64,000 bases of DNA from Myxococcales bacterium (GCA_025351875.1 JANXVA010000180.1:16517-80516), one strand, 5' to 3'. Counted from the stretch's first letter, positions 28,517 through 38,182 are shown. A program made the numbers and translations. The notes: a model not told the origin generated them from the letters alone.

Positions 28517-29092
28517 TCAGAAGTCCTGGCCGCCTGCGCAGAACGCGGCGTGGAAGGTTCCTTCGAGCGTGTCTCCGCCGTCGAAGGACGCGGTGAACGT
28601 CCCCTCGATGACGCCGTTCGCCTCGGCCTTCGTGAACGTGATGCTGCCTCCGGTCGCGCTGATCTCGGAGCTCGACGCCTTGCCACCCTCGGCGTAGCTC
28701 ACGGTCGCGGGCGGGACGGCGGTCGTGCCGACCATCGGTGCGCCCGCACGGACGAGCTCGACGACCTGGGCGCCGGCCGGCACCGTGCCGAGCCACCGCA
28801 GCTTCTTAACCTGATCGCACGTGAGCTGGGCCGAGCTGAAGTAGACGAGCGTCTCGCCGAGGGTCGAGATCCACAGCGACGAGACCGTGGGCTTGACCGC
28901 GCCGAGCGCTCCCAGAGCTCCACTCAGCTTCGTTCCGATCGCGGACGCGTCGATCGCCGTCGTCGCGTCCGACGCTCCCGCATCCCGCGGATCGCCTCCG
29001 ACGGTGGGGCCCGTGGCGGTCCCCGTCGGGCTGGAGCTGCAACCCGCGGCGAGGATCCACGTTGCGGCGAGGAGAGCGGAAGGCAAACGCAT
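28517..29092 (-). CDS. Hypothetical lipoprotein
   Basis: Lipobox LAAGC; beta-rich domain ending GTFHAAFC. Confidence 0.78.
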   Translation of the reverse strand: MRLPSALLAATWILAAGCSSSPTGTATGPTVGGDPRDAGASDATTAIDASAIGTKLSGALGALGAVKPTVSSLWISTLGETLVYFSSAQLTCDQVKKLRWLGTVPAGAQVVELVRAGAPMVGTTAVPPATVSYAEGGKASSSEISATGGSITFTKAEANGVIEGTFTASFDGGDTLEGTFHAAFCAGGQDF

Positions 29093-29174
29093 CCCTCATG
29101 AAACCATGGCTCGGGGCGCAGAGCGAACCACCTCGGGACGGTCCTCTGGCTCCTCGGCAAGAGGCCGGCGCCCC

Positions 29175-29212
29175 AAAAACGAAACGGGCTGACCGCTTTC
29201 GCGACCAGCCCG
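29175..29212 (-). terminator. Intrinsic terminator of the tRNA-Val transcript
   Basis: Minus strand CGGGCTGGTCGC-GAAA-GCGGTCAGCCCG followed by TTTCGTTTTT. Confidence 0.8.
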
Positions 29213-29235
29213 CCTACTCCGAAGTGCCTATTTTG

Positions 29236-29307
<72 letters not shown>

Positions 29308-29319
29308 AAAGGGCTCCGG

Positions 29320-29349
29320 GAAGTACCCCAAGCCCACGCCAGCTGTCAA
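29320..29349 (-). promoter_or_regulatory. Sigma-70 promoter for tRNA-Val
   Basis: TTGACA-N18-TACTTC on the minus strand, just upstream of the tRNA. Confidence 0.55.
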
Positions 29350-29451
29350 GGTAGGGTCTGCACGGACCTCCAAACGCCTGGGACCTCGCAAGTGTCACCG
29401 GCGGACCACGGGATCCTGTCACGGATGTCAGGGCTGCAATTCACAGCGCCC

Positions 29452-29700
29452 GGGGTAGGCAACCCGCCGCCTCCTGATTTCCGGCGGGTTCGAGCCGATT
29501 TGCCTGCCTCTCGGCGTGCCGCGCCCTCGAGCTCCGTCCTCGGCACGAGCGTTGCGACGGAGGAGCTCACTTCCTTCCGCTTCCCTTGGTTCGCGCAGGC
29601 TCTTGGCCCTCGCGTCTCGAGCGCGCGCCCGAGGTCGGCTCCGCATTCGGGCTCAGGTAGCCCGCGCGCGCGTCGTCCTCGGCGCGCGCTCTCTTTTTTT
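29452..29700 (+). ncRNA. Candidate structured sRNA or cis-regulatory leader
   Basis: Several strong stems, CCTCCT in a loop, GC-rich stem plus T7 tract just before the next gene; no credible CDS. Confidence 0.45.
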
Positions 29701-29726
29701 CGGCGATGATAGGAGCCCAAGGCGCC

Positions 29727-30461
29727 ATGACCTACCTCACCACGCGCAAGCCCCTCGTCGCGCTCCTCCCCCTCCTCGCCGCCGCGCTCACCGCCGGTTG
29801 CAGCGCCAGCGACAGCGGCTCCAAGCCCGGCGAGCTCGGCAACGGAGGGTTCTACTTTTCCTGCGACGACACCGTCGCGTGCAGCCGCTACACGAACGAC
29901 GCCTCGAAGTTTCCCGAGGCCGTCTCCGTCGGCTCCACGTTCGCCGTTCGCTTCGTGCCGAAGACCAACAGCGGGCTCGACATCCACTTCAACGAGTCGG
30001 CGGTCGATCGCGGCATCACCGTCAACGCGATCGGCGACGTCTACGTCTCGCGCGGCGCGAAGGGCCTCGCGGCCGTGAAGACCGGCTACGCGTCGCTCGC
30101 CGCTCGCGACGCCACCGGCGCCCTCGTCGACTACGTCGTGGTCCGTATCGCGAAGCCCGACGCGCTCGTCGTGTACTCCGCCGACGAAACGACCACGAGC
30201 ACGCCGCCGCACGTCGCCAGCATCACGCTCTCGGTCTCTGCGCACGACCGGAGGACGTACCGCGCGCTCGCGCAGCAGAACAGCGCCGACCTCGCCGGAA
30301 GTCTCCAGATCGAATGGACGTCGAGCAACCCGTCGGTCGCGGCGGTCGAGAGCACGACGGACGGCAAGGCGACCGTCGTTGCGAAGTCTGCCGGCACGGC
30401 GTCGCTCGTCGCGGTCGGTGGGACGTTCACGCAGAACATTCCGATCACGGTGTCGCAATGA
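29727..30461 (+). CDS. Lipoprotein with Ig-like (Big_2-type) C-terminal domain
   Basis: AGGAG SD; lipobox LTAGC; IEWTSSNPSVAAV..ATVVAKSAGTASL. Confidence 0.8.
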   Translation: MTYLTTRKPLVALLPLLAAALTAGCSASDSGSKPGELGNGGFYFSCDDTVACSRYTNDASKFPEAVSVGSTFAVRFVPKTNSGLDIHFNESAVDRGITVNAIGDVYVSRGAKGLAAVKTGYASLAARDATGALVDYVVVRIAKPDALVVYSADETTTSTPPHVASITLSVSAHDRRTYRALAQQNSADLAGSLQIEWTSSNPSVAAVESTTDGKATVVAKSAGTASLVAVGGTFTQNIPITVSQ

Positions 30462-30862
30462 GCGCCTGGTCTCGCGCGCGGCGTCTCGCCCTCCATTCGA
30501 CGTTCTCCGTGGCTGCAGTGGCGCTGGCGGGCTGCGGCGCGGAGTACGACCACACGGACATCGTCGGAGTCCACGCTCCGCCGAAGCCGCTCGACGGTCG
30601 CGTGAACTATGCACGCATCAACGTCTCCGTCGGCGCCATCGTCACGGCGCACATCGTCTCCTACGACGACGATCACAAGGAACTGGCTGCGGAGCTGCGC
30701 TCGAAGGACACGAATGTCGTCGAGGTCACCGGGGTCGTGACGCCGGGTGACTACGCCTTCCTCGGCCTGCGTCCCGGCCAGACCGAGGTGGAGGTGCGCG
30801 CCGATGGGCATCTCGTGCTGATCCTCACCGCCGTCGTGACCGACCAGCCGTCGCTCCCCTGA
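30458..30862 (+). CDS. Small Ig-like lipoprotein
   Basis: ATGA coupling; lipobox LAGC; SKDTNVVEV..GLRPGQTEVEV. Confidence 0.75.
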   Translation: MSAWSRARRLALHSTFSVAAVALAGCGAEYDHTDIVGVHAPPKPLDGRVNYARINVSVGAIVTAHIVSYDDDHKELAAELRSKDTNVVEVTGVVTPGDYAFLGLRPGQTEVEVRADGHLVLILTAVVTDQPSLP

Positions 30863-30882
30863 AGCTGGTATGACGCGAAGCG

Positions 30883-32967
30883 ATGGACAGTCGCTACGTG
30901 GACGCGGACGCCTCGCGCGCGGTCTCGGAATGTGCCGGCCGAGCTCCGCCCGTTGGCGAGCCTGTCGCGCTCCGCACGTACACGGCGCGTCTCCTCGGCG
31001 CTGACGACTCGCTCGTCCTCCACGGCGGAGGAAACACGAGCGTGAAGTCGGAGGCTCGGACGCTCTTCGGCGAGACAGTCGCCGTCATCCACGTGAAGGG
31101 CTCCGGCTGGGACCTCGCCACGATCGAGCCGCCGGGGCACCCCGCGGTCCGTATGGCCGCCCTGGAGCGCATGCTCTCGCTCCCCACGATGACCGACGAG
31201 CAGATGGTCAACGAGATGCGCCTCGCGCTCCTCGACGCCAACGCACCCACGCCGAGCGTCGAGACGCTACTCCATGCCGCGCTGCCGGCACGCTTCATCG
31301 ATCACACGCACGCGGATGCAATCCTCGCCGTCGCCGACCAGGAGCAGGGCGAGAGCATCTGCCGCGAGCTCTTCGGCGAACGCCTCCTCTGGGTGCCGTA
31401 CGTCATGCCGGGCTTCGGCCTCGCGAAGGCGTGCAAGAAGGCGTGGGACGAGGCGATCGGCGCAGGGCGCGCGCCCACGGTCATGGTGCTCGAGCGCCAC
31501 GGAGTCTTCACGTTCGGCGAGAGCGCGAAGGAGAGCTATGAGCGCATGATCGAGGCGGTGACGATCGCCGAGCGCTTCGCCGCCGATCGCATGGAGACCG
31601 CCAACGTGCTCGGCGGCACACCGGACGACCGGCTCGAGGCCGCCGTCGTCACGGTCGTGCGCGGTGCGCTCGCCAACGTGTCCGGCGAGCCGCCGGAGCG
31701 CGCGCCCATCGTCGCCGTGCGTGCGGGCGAATGGATCCTCGGGTTCCTCGAGCGCAAGGATGCGTACGAGCTCGTCCAGCGCGGCTGCGCCACGCCCGAT
31801 CACGTGATTCGGACGAAGCCGACAGCGCTGCTGATTCCGCACGTGGAGAGCGAGGAGCCGAACGCGCTCGCCGCGCGCATCGAGGGCGAGATCGCCGAGT
31901 ACGCGCGCCGCTACGATCGCTACTTCGAGAAGATGTGCGCGAAGAAGAACGTCACGCGCACGAAGCTCGATCCGTGGCCGCGCGTCATCCTCGTTCCTCG
32001 CGTCGGCATCCTCGCCGTCGGCAAGACCAAGAGAGACGCGGAGATCGCCGCCGACATCTACGAGCACACGATCCAGGTCATCACCGACGCCGAGGACGTC
32101 GGTCGCTACTCCCCGGTGAGCCTCGGCGACCTCTTCGACGTCGAGTACTGGAGCCTCGAGCAGGCCAAGATCAAGAAGGAGCCCGAGCTCCCGCTCGCCA
32201 AGCAGGTCGCGCTCGTCACCGGCGCGGCGTCCGGAATCGGTCGCGCGACGACCGCGCTCTTCATGGAGCTCGGCGCGCACGTCGTCGCCTGCGACCGCAA
32301 CGGGAACGCGCTCGACGCGATGGCCTCGGAGATTGGCGGCAAGAGGCGGCAGCAGCTCGTGACGTGCGTGACCGATGTCACGAACCGCGAGCAGGTCTCC
32401 CGCGCCTTCATGCTGGCCGCGCGGATGTTCGGCGGCGTCGACATCGTCGTCAGCAACGCCGGTGACGCGCCCGAGGGCCGGCTCGACTCCCCCGAGGGAG
32501 AGGAGGCGCTCCGTCGCTCGCTCGATACGAACCTCCTCGCTCACAACACCGTTGCCTCATGCGCCGTCGAGGCCATGCGGCGCGCCCGGCGTGGTGGGTG
32601 CTTGCTCTTCAACGCGAGCAAGAGCGCCTTCAATCCGGGACCGGGCTTCGGGCCCTACGCGGTCGCGAAGGCCGCGCTGGTCGCGCTCATGCGCCAGTAC
32701 GCGGTCGACCTCGGGCGCTTCGGGATCCGCGCGAACGCGGTGAACGCCGACCGGATCCGGACCGGCATCTTCTCGGGCGGCGTGCTCGAGTCGAGGGCTG
32801 CCGCGCGTGGTCTTTCCGTCGACGACTATTTTCGCTCGAATCTCCTCGGACGCGAGGTGACGGCGCACGACGTCGCTGCAGCGTTCGCGTATCTGGCCGA
32901 AGCGAGGGCGACGACCGGTTGCGTCATCACCGTCGACGGCGGGAACACCGCCGCATTTCCGCGTTGA
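30883..32967 (+). CDS. Bifunctional class II aldolase / short-chain dehydrogenase (RhaD-like fusion)
   Basis: GGGNTS, KGSG, PSVET.LH, DHTH, TPDH, EYWSLEQAK; TGAASGIG, YAVAK. Confidence 0.92.
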   Translation: MDSRYVDADASRAVSECAGRAPPVGEPVALRTYTARLLGADDSLVLHGGGNTSVKSEARTLFGETVAVIHVKGSGWDLATIEPPGHPAVRMAALERMLSLPTMTDEQMVNEMRLALLDANAPTPSVETLLHAALPARFIDHTHADAILAVADQEQGESICRELFGERLLWVPYVMPGFGLAKACKKAWDEAIGAGRAPTVMVLERHGVFTFGESAKESYERMIEAVTIAERFAADRMETANVLGGTPDDRLEAAVVTVVRGALANVSGEPPERAPIVAVRAGEWILGFLERKDAYELVQRGCATPDHVIRTKPTALLIPHVESEEPNALAARIEGEIAEYARRYDRYFEKMCAKKNVTRTKLDPWPRVILVPRVGILAVGKTKRDAEIAADIYEHTIQVITDAEDVGRYSPVSLGDLFDVEYWSLEQAKIKKEPELPLAKQVALVTGAASGIGRATTALFMELGAHVVACDRNGNALDAMASEIGGKRRQQLVTCVTDVTNREQVSRAFMLAARMFGGVDIVVSNAGDAPEGRLDSPEGEEALRRSLDTNLLAHNTVASCAVEAMRRARRGGCLLFNASKSAFNPGPGFGPYAVAKAALVALMRQYAVDLGRFGIRANAVNADRIRTGIFSGGVLESRAAARGLSVDDYFRSNLLGREVTAHDVAAAFAYLAEARATTGCVITVDGGNTAAFPR

Positions 32968-33029
32968 ATTCGTCGCTTTTGGTGGGCCCAAGGCTCAGCA
33001 CACGGGCTTCGCTGTGCTAACGAAACAGG

Positions 33030-34883
33030 ATGGTTCTCGGTGGTCGAACGCTCGCGCTCTCTCTCGTGGCGCTGCTCGGATTCGGGGCGGCCGCAGGTGC
33101 ATGCGGAGGTGACGACTCGCCGGTGACCGCAACGGAGCCGTTGCCCGAGGCCGGCGTCCTCGATGCCGACGCCGGCAAGGTCGCGTCGCTCTGCGTCGAC
33201 GGCAAGCCGGTCGACTGGCCGCCCGGGCCCTACGAGCTCTCGCTCACGTCCGTGCTCCCGCCCGATCTCACGTTCGAGGGACCCACCGGCACCGTGAAGC
33301 TGAAGGACTACTTCGAGCCGTGCGCCTCGCAGTCTCGGTTGCTCGTCGTGCGCTCGGCACCGGCGTGGTGCGGGCCGTGCATCTGGCACGCGACGCACAC
33401 GACGCGCCTGCTCGACGACCCTCGCTTCGCGGGACGCATTCAGCTCGTCGATCTCCTCCTCGCGGACGAGGACAACATGCCGCCGACCGCCGCGGCGACG
33501 ATGCGCTGGAGCTCCCGCATCGACGCGCCACCCGCCGTGATGGGCAAGGTGGCGATGGATGCAAAGTACACGTTTGCCTCGGTGCTCCCCTCGAAGAACG
33601 TGCTGCCCGAGTACGTCGTCATCGACACCCGCACGATGAAGCTCCGCACGGTGCTCTCCAGCCCCGACCCGGAGACCCTCGGCGGTTACCTCGCGATCGA
33701 GCTCGCGTCGCTCGACGGCAAGCCCCGCCTGGACCTCCCGCCGCGGAAGCTCCACGACGGGCTCCTCACGGACGACGCGTGGGACATGCTCCAGGACATG
33801 AAGGTCCCAGGCGCGCCCCCGGTCGATCCGACGAACGAGTACGGCGACGTGCCCGCGGCCGCGGTGCTCGGCAAGAAGCTCTTCGAGGACCACTCGCTCT
33901 CTCCGTCTGGCGTCGTGGCGTGCGTCACATGCCACGACCCCGCCAAGTCCTTCGGTGACGGCCTGAAGACGGCAACTGGCGTGAGCGTCGGTGATCGCAA
34001 CTCGCCCGCCATCGCGCTCTCCTCCCACGCGCGCTGGCAGTTCTGGGACGGGCGCGCAGACACGCTCTGGATGCAGGCGCTCGGACCGTTCGAGAACGAC
34101 AAGGAGTTCGCGTCGAGCCGCCTCTTCGTCGTGCGGAAGATCGAGTCGACGTACAAGAACGAGTACACCGCTGTCTTCGGCGCGAAGTACCCGTTCCCGG
34201 ATCTCAGCGGCTTCGCGCTCGCGGCAGGCAAGCCCGGCGACGCTGCATACGACGCCCTTCCCCAGGCGACTCGTGATCTCGTCGCGCGCGTCTACGTCAA
34301 CGTCGGCAAGGCGATCGCCGCTTTCGAGCGCACGCTCCGCGTAAAGCCGAACGCGCTCGATCGGTATGCGGCCGGCGACACGACCGCGCTCGTCGGCAAG
34401 CAGCGTCAGGCGCTCGATCAGTTCTTCCACATCGGGTGCGTTCAGTGTCACTGGGGCCCACGCCTCAGCGACGACGCGTTCCACAACCTACGTTTTCCGA
34501 CCGGACGGCAGGATGGCCTCTCCGATCAGGGCCGCGCGGCGGTGCTCCTCGGTCTCGCCGCCTCGGAGTTCGTCGCGACCTCGAAGTGGAGCGACGCCCC
34601 GTCTGCCGCGAAGACCCTGCTCTTCACGACCGCGCCGCCGTCGATGATTGGCGCCTTCAAGACGCCGACCCTGCGCGGCGTTTCGTCGTCCGCGCCGTAC
34701 GGCCACGGCGGGACGTTCGCGCTGCTCAGCGAGGTGAGCAAGCACTACGGCACGCGTGCCATGGAGGTCGTCCCCGCCGCGGCCGCCGGCACGGTCGAGG
34801 AGTGGTCTCCGAACTTCGACGCGAACGTGCAGACCGACCTGCCCCAGCTCCTCGACCTCTTCACCGCGGACACGGGCCCTTAG
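33030..34883 (+). CDS. Lipoprotein: thioredoxin-like domain fused to di-heme cytochrome c peroxidase/MauG-family domain
   Basis: Lipobox AAGAC; WCGPC; GKKLFED, CVTCH, QFWDGRA, CVQCH, FKTPTLR, PYGHGG. Confidence 0.88.
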   Translation: MVLGGRTLALSLVALLGFGAAAGACGGDDSPVTATEPLPEAGVLDADAGKVASLCVDGKPVDWPPGPYELSLTSVLPPDLTFEGPTGTVKLKDYFEPCASQSRLLVVRSAPAWCGPCIWHATHTTRLLDDPRFAGRIQLVDLLLADEDNMPPTAAATMRWSSRIDAPPAVMGKVAMDAKYTFASVLPSKNVLPEYVVIDTRTMKLRTVLSSPDPETLGGYLAIELASLDGKPRLDLPPRKLHDGLLTDDAWDMLQDMKVPGAPPVDPTNEYGDVPAAAVLGKKLFEDHSLSPSGVVACVTCHDPAKSFGDGLKTATGVSVGDRNSPAIALSSHARWQFWDGRADTLWMQALGPFENDKEFASSRLFVVRKIESTYKNEYTAVFGAKYPFPDLSGFALAAGKPGDAAYDALPQATRDLVARVYVNVGKAIAAFERTLRVKPNALDRYAAGDTTALVGKQRQALDQFFHIGCVQCHWGPRLSDDAFHNLRFPTGRQDGLSDQGRAAVLLGLAASEFVATSKWSDAPSAAKTLLFTTAPPSMIGAFKTPTLRGVSSSAPYGHGGTFALLSEVSKHYGTRAMEVVPAAAAGTVEEWSPNFDANVQTDLPQLLDLFTADTGP

Positions 34884-34914
34884 CTCGGCCAGTCGGGCCC
34901 GCGCGAGGAGGTCG

Positions 34915-36798
34915 CTAGAACCGGATCGTGAGCTCGGCGCGTGCGCCGCTGAACGCGGGGAACACGCGACAGATGCCGCTCACGCAGCGAAGCCCGCCGC
35001 GGTTCTGTCCGCCGTAGAGGCGTAGGTTCGACTGGCTCGTGAACTTGTAGAGCACGCCGCCGTTGAAGTAGTCGTGCGGGAGGCCTTCGAGCGACGTGTA
35101 CTCGTAGCCCGTCGAGAAGATCCACTTCGGAGCGACCTTCAGCGCGAGCTGGTTGTCGCTCTGGAACCAGAGCTGCGGCTCGAACGTGTCCGGGTTGACG
35201 TTCTCGCGGTCCTGGATGCGGAAGCGGTGTCGTCCCGAGAGCTCGATGGAGTACGGGCCCGCGATGTACTTGGTGATTGAGTACTGGGCCGAGCCCTCGC
35301 GGTAATACGCGTGCCCGTCTCCCTTGATGTCGTGACGGGCGCCGAGATTGACGAACGCGATCGACTTGTCGTCGTCGAAGCGTGCCTCTGTTCCGACGCT
35401 CGCGTCGGTGACGTAGTTCGTCGTCTGGTCCTTGTTCGTCGCGGTGCTGCGCCCGAGCTGGTCGCACTGGCCTCCCGGCTGCTCGCTCAGGGACTTGAAG
35501 TAGCCGAACGTGCCATAGACGAGGACGGAGTCGGTGAGCCGGTAATCGAGGCGGTCGCGACCGCCGGTGACGCACGCATTGAAGAAGCCGAACATCGTGT
35601 CCGCGATGACGGGCTCGGCGGTGGGCGGGGCTGAGTAGGCGATGTTCCCGAACGCCGACGCGCGCGAGACCTCGACCGAAGCCGCGAGCGGGTAGAAGTT
35701 CCGATAGCTCTTCACCTCGACAGTGTTGGTGATGCGGCCACCGGAGGCGACGAAAGAGCCGTAGATCGCGTTGCCCTCGGAGAGCGCGCTGGTGGAGTCG
35801 CCGACGTCGCGCTTCTGGACTGCGCCTTCGATGTAGAGGTTGCCGTGGCCCCAGAGGTTCGGGACCTCGATCGTCTGGCTCGCGTTGATCGTCTGCCGCG
35901 ACTCGAACACAGGTCCGACCTTGTTGTTGCGCAGCTTGTCGAGAAACGTCGTGCGATCCGGCTCGTCGCACGTTCCGAACGGCACATCGAAGGTCGAGTC
36001 GTTGACCGAACCGTCTGCGTTGTAGTGGTACGGCGCGCAGCGTGAGAGGACGACGCCGTTCGTGGACAGGACGACCGGGAGACCGCGCCCCGCGGTGATC
36101 GACGCGCCCACGATGCGGTCGTTGCCGAAGACCGGCTGCGCGCCGAGCGCGTTGTTGCCGACCGTGCGCGGCAAGAAGAGCGCGCGGCCCGTCGGCTCGT
36201 CGACGCGCGCAGGGTTCGCGAGACCGGCGACGAGGGTGAGGCCGAAGATGTCCTTGGTGGCGACGACCTTGGCGCCGAGGAGCGTCGTGTCGATGCCGAG
36301 CTCGTCGACCTTCCGCATCGAGAGGATGAGGCCGCGCCCGAACTGCACGTACGCGTCGCCGGCGGTGACCTCGAGGCCGCCGTCCTTGTAGGTGAGGAAG
36401 ACCTTCGCCGGGTAGAGCGCATCGCGATAGCGGGTGGCGCCGTCCTTCTGGGCGTTCGCCTTCAGCTGCGGGTCCGGGAAGGTGCGATCCTCGGGGCGGA
36501 GCGCGTAGACGGACGAGTCGAGGCGAACGCCGAGCGTCAGCTTCTTCCAAGAGAGGACGGCGTTGAGGCGATTGAGCCAGGAGAAGTAACCCTGGTCGTT
36601 CTCGACCTCGCCAACGCGGGCGTTGAAGCGCTGCGCTACGATCGTCGTCTCGGTCACGTCGAGCGTGACCTTGCTGTTGTCGACCGTCGGAAGGTCGACG
36701 GCGAGCGCCGCGCGCGGGACGAAGGTGGCCGCCAGCGCCGCGAGCGCTGCGAACCCTCGACCTGCAGATCTTCTCCGCACCTGCGCCGCCCTAGCCAC
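34915..36798 (-). CDS. DUF6029-like outer-membrane beta-barrel protein
   Basis: Signal peptide; AGDAYVQFGRGLILS; C-terminus GQNRGGLRCVSGICRVFPAFSGARAELTIRF. Confidence 0.72.
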   Translation of the reverse strand: MARAAQVRRRSAGRGFAALAALAATFVPRAALAVDLPTVDNSKVTLDVTETTIVAQRFNARVGEVENDQGYFSWLNRLNAVLSWKKLTLGVRLDSSVYALRPEDRTFPDPQLKANAQKDGATRYRDALYPAKVFLTYKDGGLEVTAGDAYVQFGRGLILSMRKVDELGIDTTLLGAKVVATKDIFGLTLVAGLANPARVDEPTGRALFLPRTVGNNALGAQPVFGNDRIVGASITAGRGLPVVLSTNGVVLSRCAPYHYNADGSVNDSTFDVPFGTCDEPDRTTFLDKLRNNKVGPVFESRQTINASQTIEVPNLWGHGNLYIEGAVQKRDVGDSTSALSEGNAIYGSFVASGGRITNTVEVKSYRNFYPLAASVEVSRASAFGNIAYSAPPTAEPVIADTMFGFFNACVTGGRDRLDYRLTDSVLVYGTFGYFKSLSEQPGGQCDQLGRSTATNKDQTTNYVTDASVGTEARFDDDKSIAFVNLGARHDIKGDGHAYYREGSAQYSITKYIAGPYSIELSGRHRFRIQDRENVNPDTFEPQLWFQSDNQLALKVAPKWIFSTGYEYTSLEGLPHDYFNGGVLYKFTSQSNLRLYGGQNRGGLRCVSGICRVFPAFSGARAELTIRF

Positions 36799-36812
36799 GA
36801 GGGCTGGGATTG

Positions 36813-37391
36813 TTACTGCGGCGCCGGGGCCGGCGCAACGGACTCGAGCGCCTTCGCCACGTCCTTGGCGAGGAACTCTTCGTCACCGGGGTTGTACCCC
36901 TCGCGGATCGCCGTGATCTTCCCGGACCTGTCGATGAGCACCGAGAGGGGCGCCGACTTCTTCGGGTTGTAGAGCGAGGCGATGCGAGAATCCTCGTCGG
37001 TGAGCATCGGGAAGTTGAGCTGATTGCGACGAGCGAAGGCGGGAACGTTGGCGACCGTCTCCGGGCCGTCCATCGCGATGCCGAGGATGACGAAGCCCTT
37101 GGCCTTGTTCGCGTCGTACATCTTCCGCAGGTGCGGGAACTCGGCGACGCACGGCTCGCACCAGGTCGCGCAGAAGTTGAGCAGGACGACGTCCTTGCCG
37201 AGATGGCTCGACAGCTTGACGCTCTTGCCCTCGATGTCCCGCGCCGTGAAGTCGGACGCGGAAGCGCCCGCGCCGCCGGACCCAGCAGTCGTGGCTCCGC
37301 CTGGCGCGCCGCCTTCCTGACGCGCGCACCCGAGCGCGCTCGTCATGAGGACGAGCGCGCTGATCACGAGCCCGCGCGAGGCGCTGCTCAC
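36813..37391 (-). CDS. TlpA-like disulfide reductase lipoprotein
   Basis: Lipobox ALGC; LNFCATWCEPC; GTGA overlap with the upstream gene. Confidence 0.9.
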   Translation of the reverse strand: MSSASRGLVISALVLMTSALGCARQEGGAPGGATTAGSGGAGASASDFTARDIEGKSVKLSSHLGKDVVLLNFCATWCEPCVAEFPHLRKMYDANKAKGFVILGIAMDGPETVANVPAFARRNQLNFPMLTDEDSRIASLYNPKKSAPLSVLIDRSGKITAIREGYNPGDEEFLAKDVAKALESVAPAPAPQ

Positions 37392-38110
37392 TTGATCGAG
37401 CCGCTGTCGATCTTCCCGATCCAGCCGTCGACGTCAGCGAGGATGTCCGCCTCTTTCGTCGTGGCGCCGACGCCTGACGAGAGGATTTCCATCGTCTTCG
37501 CGTTGACGTTCGCGTTCCAGGGGAGCGCGGCGGCGTCGTAGAACGGACCGAAGTTCTTGTTCGAGGGGTCGAGGAGCTGCGTGTAGGGCGCCTTGAACTG
37601 CGAGACCCAGCGATCGAGATCCTTCGTGGTGGCGGGGCTGCCTGGCGTGGGGCCTTCGGCGAGGCTGATGATCCACGCGACCTTGCGGTCCGCGAGCGCC
37701 TGGCGCAGCGGGACGATCGTCTTCGTCTCTTCCTGGCAGTAGACGCACCAGCTGCCCGAGGCCTGGATGTGGATCAGCTTGTAGGAGGTGCCGGTCGGGT
37801 CGAAGAGCGTCGCCATCGAGATGGGCTGGAGGCCCTGCGACGTGTCGCCATTCGGGTAGCCGAGGAACTTGTAGTTCGCGAGCTTGTTGCCGGCCTTGTC
37901 GCCGAGGCGCGGGTTCGTACCGATGTTGTCGGTCGGGTACGCGACGCCCTGCGGGTTCTTGTCCGGTGCGGCGGCGGCGGCGGTGTCGCCGTCTCCAGCG
38001 AGGCCCTGGTCCGGGTTGGTGCCGCCGCTGGACGTCGCGGGGGTGCTCGACGACGAGCACGCCGCGAGAGCAAGGACGGCGAGGCTGAGCGAAAGGCTGA
38101 CGATCTTCAT
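37388..38110 (-). CDS. Thioredoxin-fold lipoprotein
   Basis: Lipobox LAAC; GSWCVYC; cis-Pro-like ALPWN. Confidence 0.82.
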   Translation of the reverse strand: MKIVSLSLSLAVLALAACSSSSTPATSSGGTNPDQGLAGDGDTAAAAAPDKNPQGVAYPTDNIGTNPRLGDKAGNKLANYKFLGYPNGDTSQGLQPISMATLFDPTGTSYKLIHIQASGSWCVYCQEETKTIVPLRQALADRKVAWIISLAEGPTPGSPATTKDLDRWVSQFKAPYTQLLDPSNKNFGPFYDAAALPWNANVNAKTMEILSSGVGATTKEADILADVDGWIGKIDSGSIK

Positions 38111-38154
38111 GGGGGGTAACCTCGGAGTGACGAACTGCGTGCGGTAGCGGCGGC

Positions 38155-38182
38155 AGGGTACTTCCAACCACACCTCCGTCAA
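38155..38182 (-). promoter_or_regulatory. Sigma-70-type promoter for the trx-tlpA-barrel operon
   Basis: TTGACG-N16-TACCCT on the minus strand, about 45 nt before ATG 38110. Confidence 0.45.

Noticed and set aside
33030-38110. Selenocysteine recoding in the redox genes
   Set aside because: All CxxC motifs use Cys codons and I saw no in-frame TGA at catalytic positions
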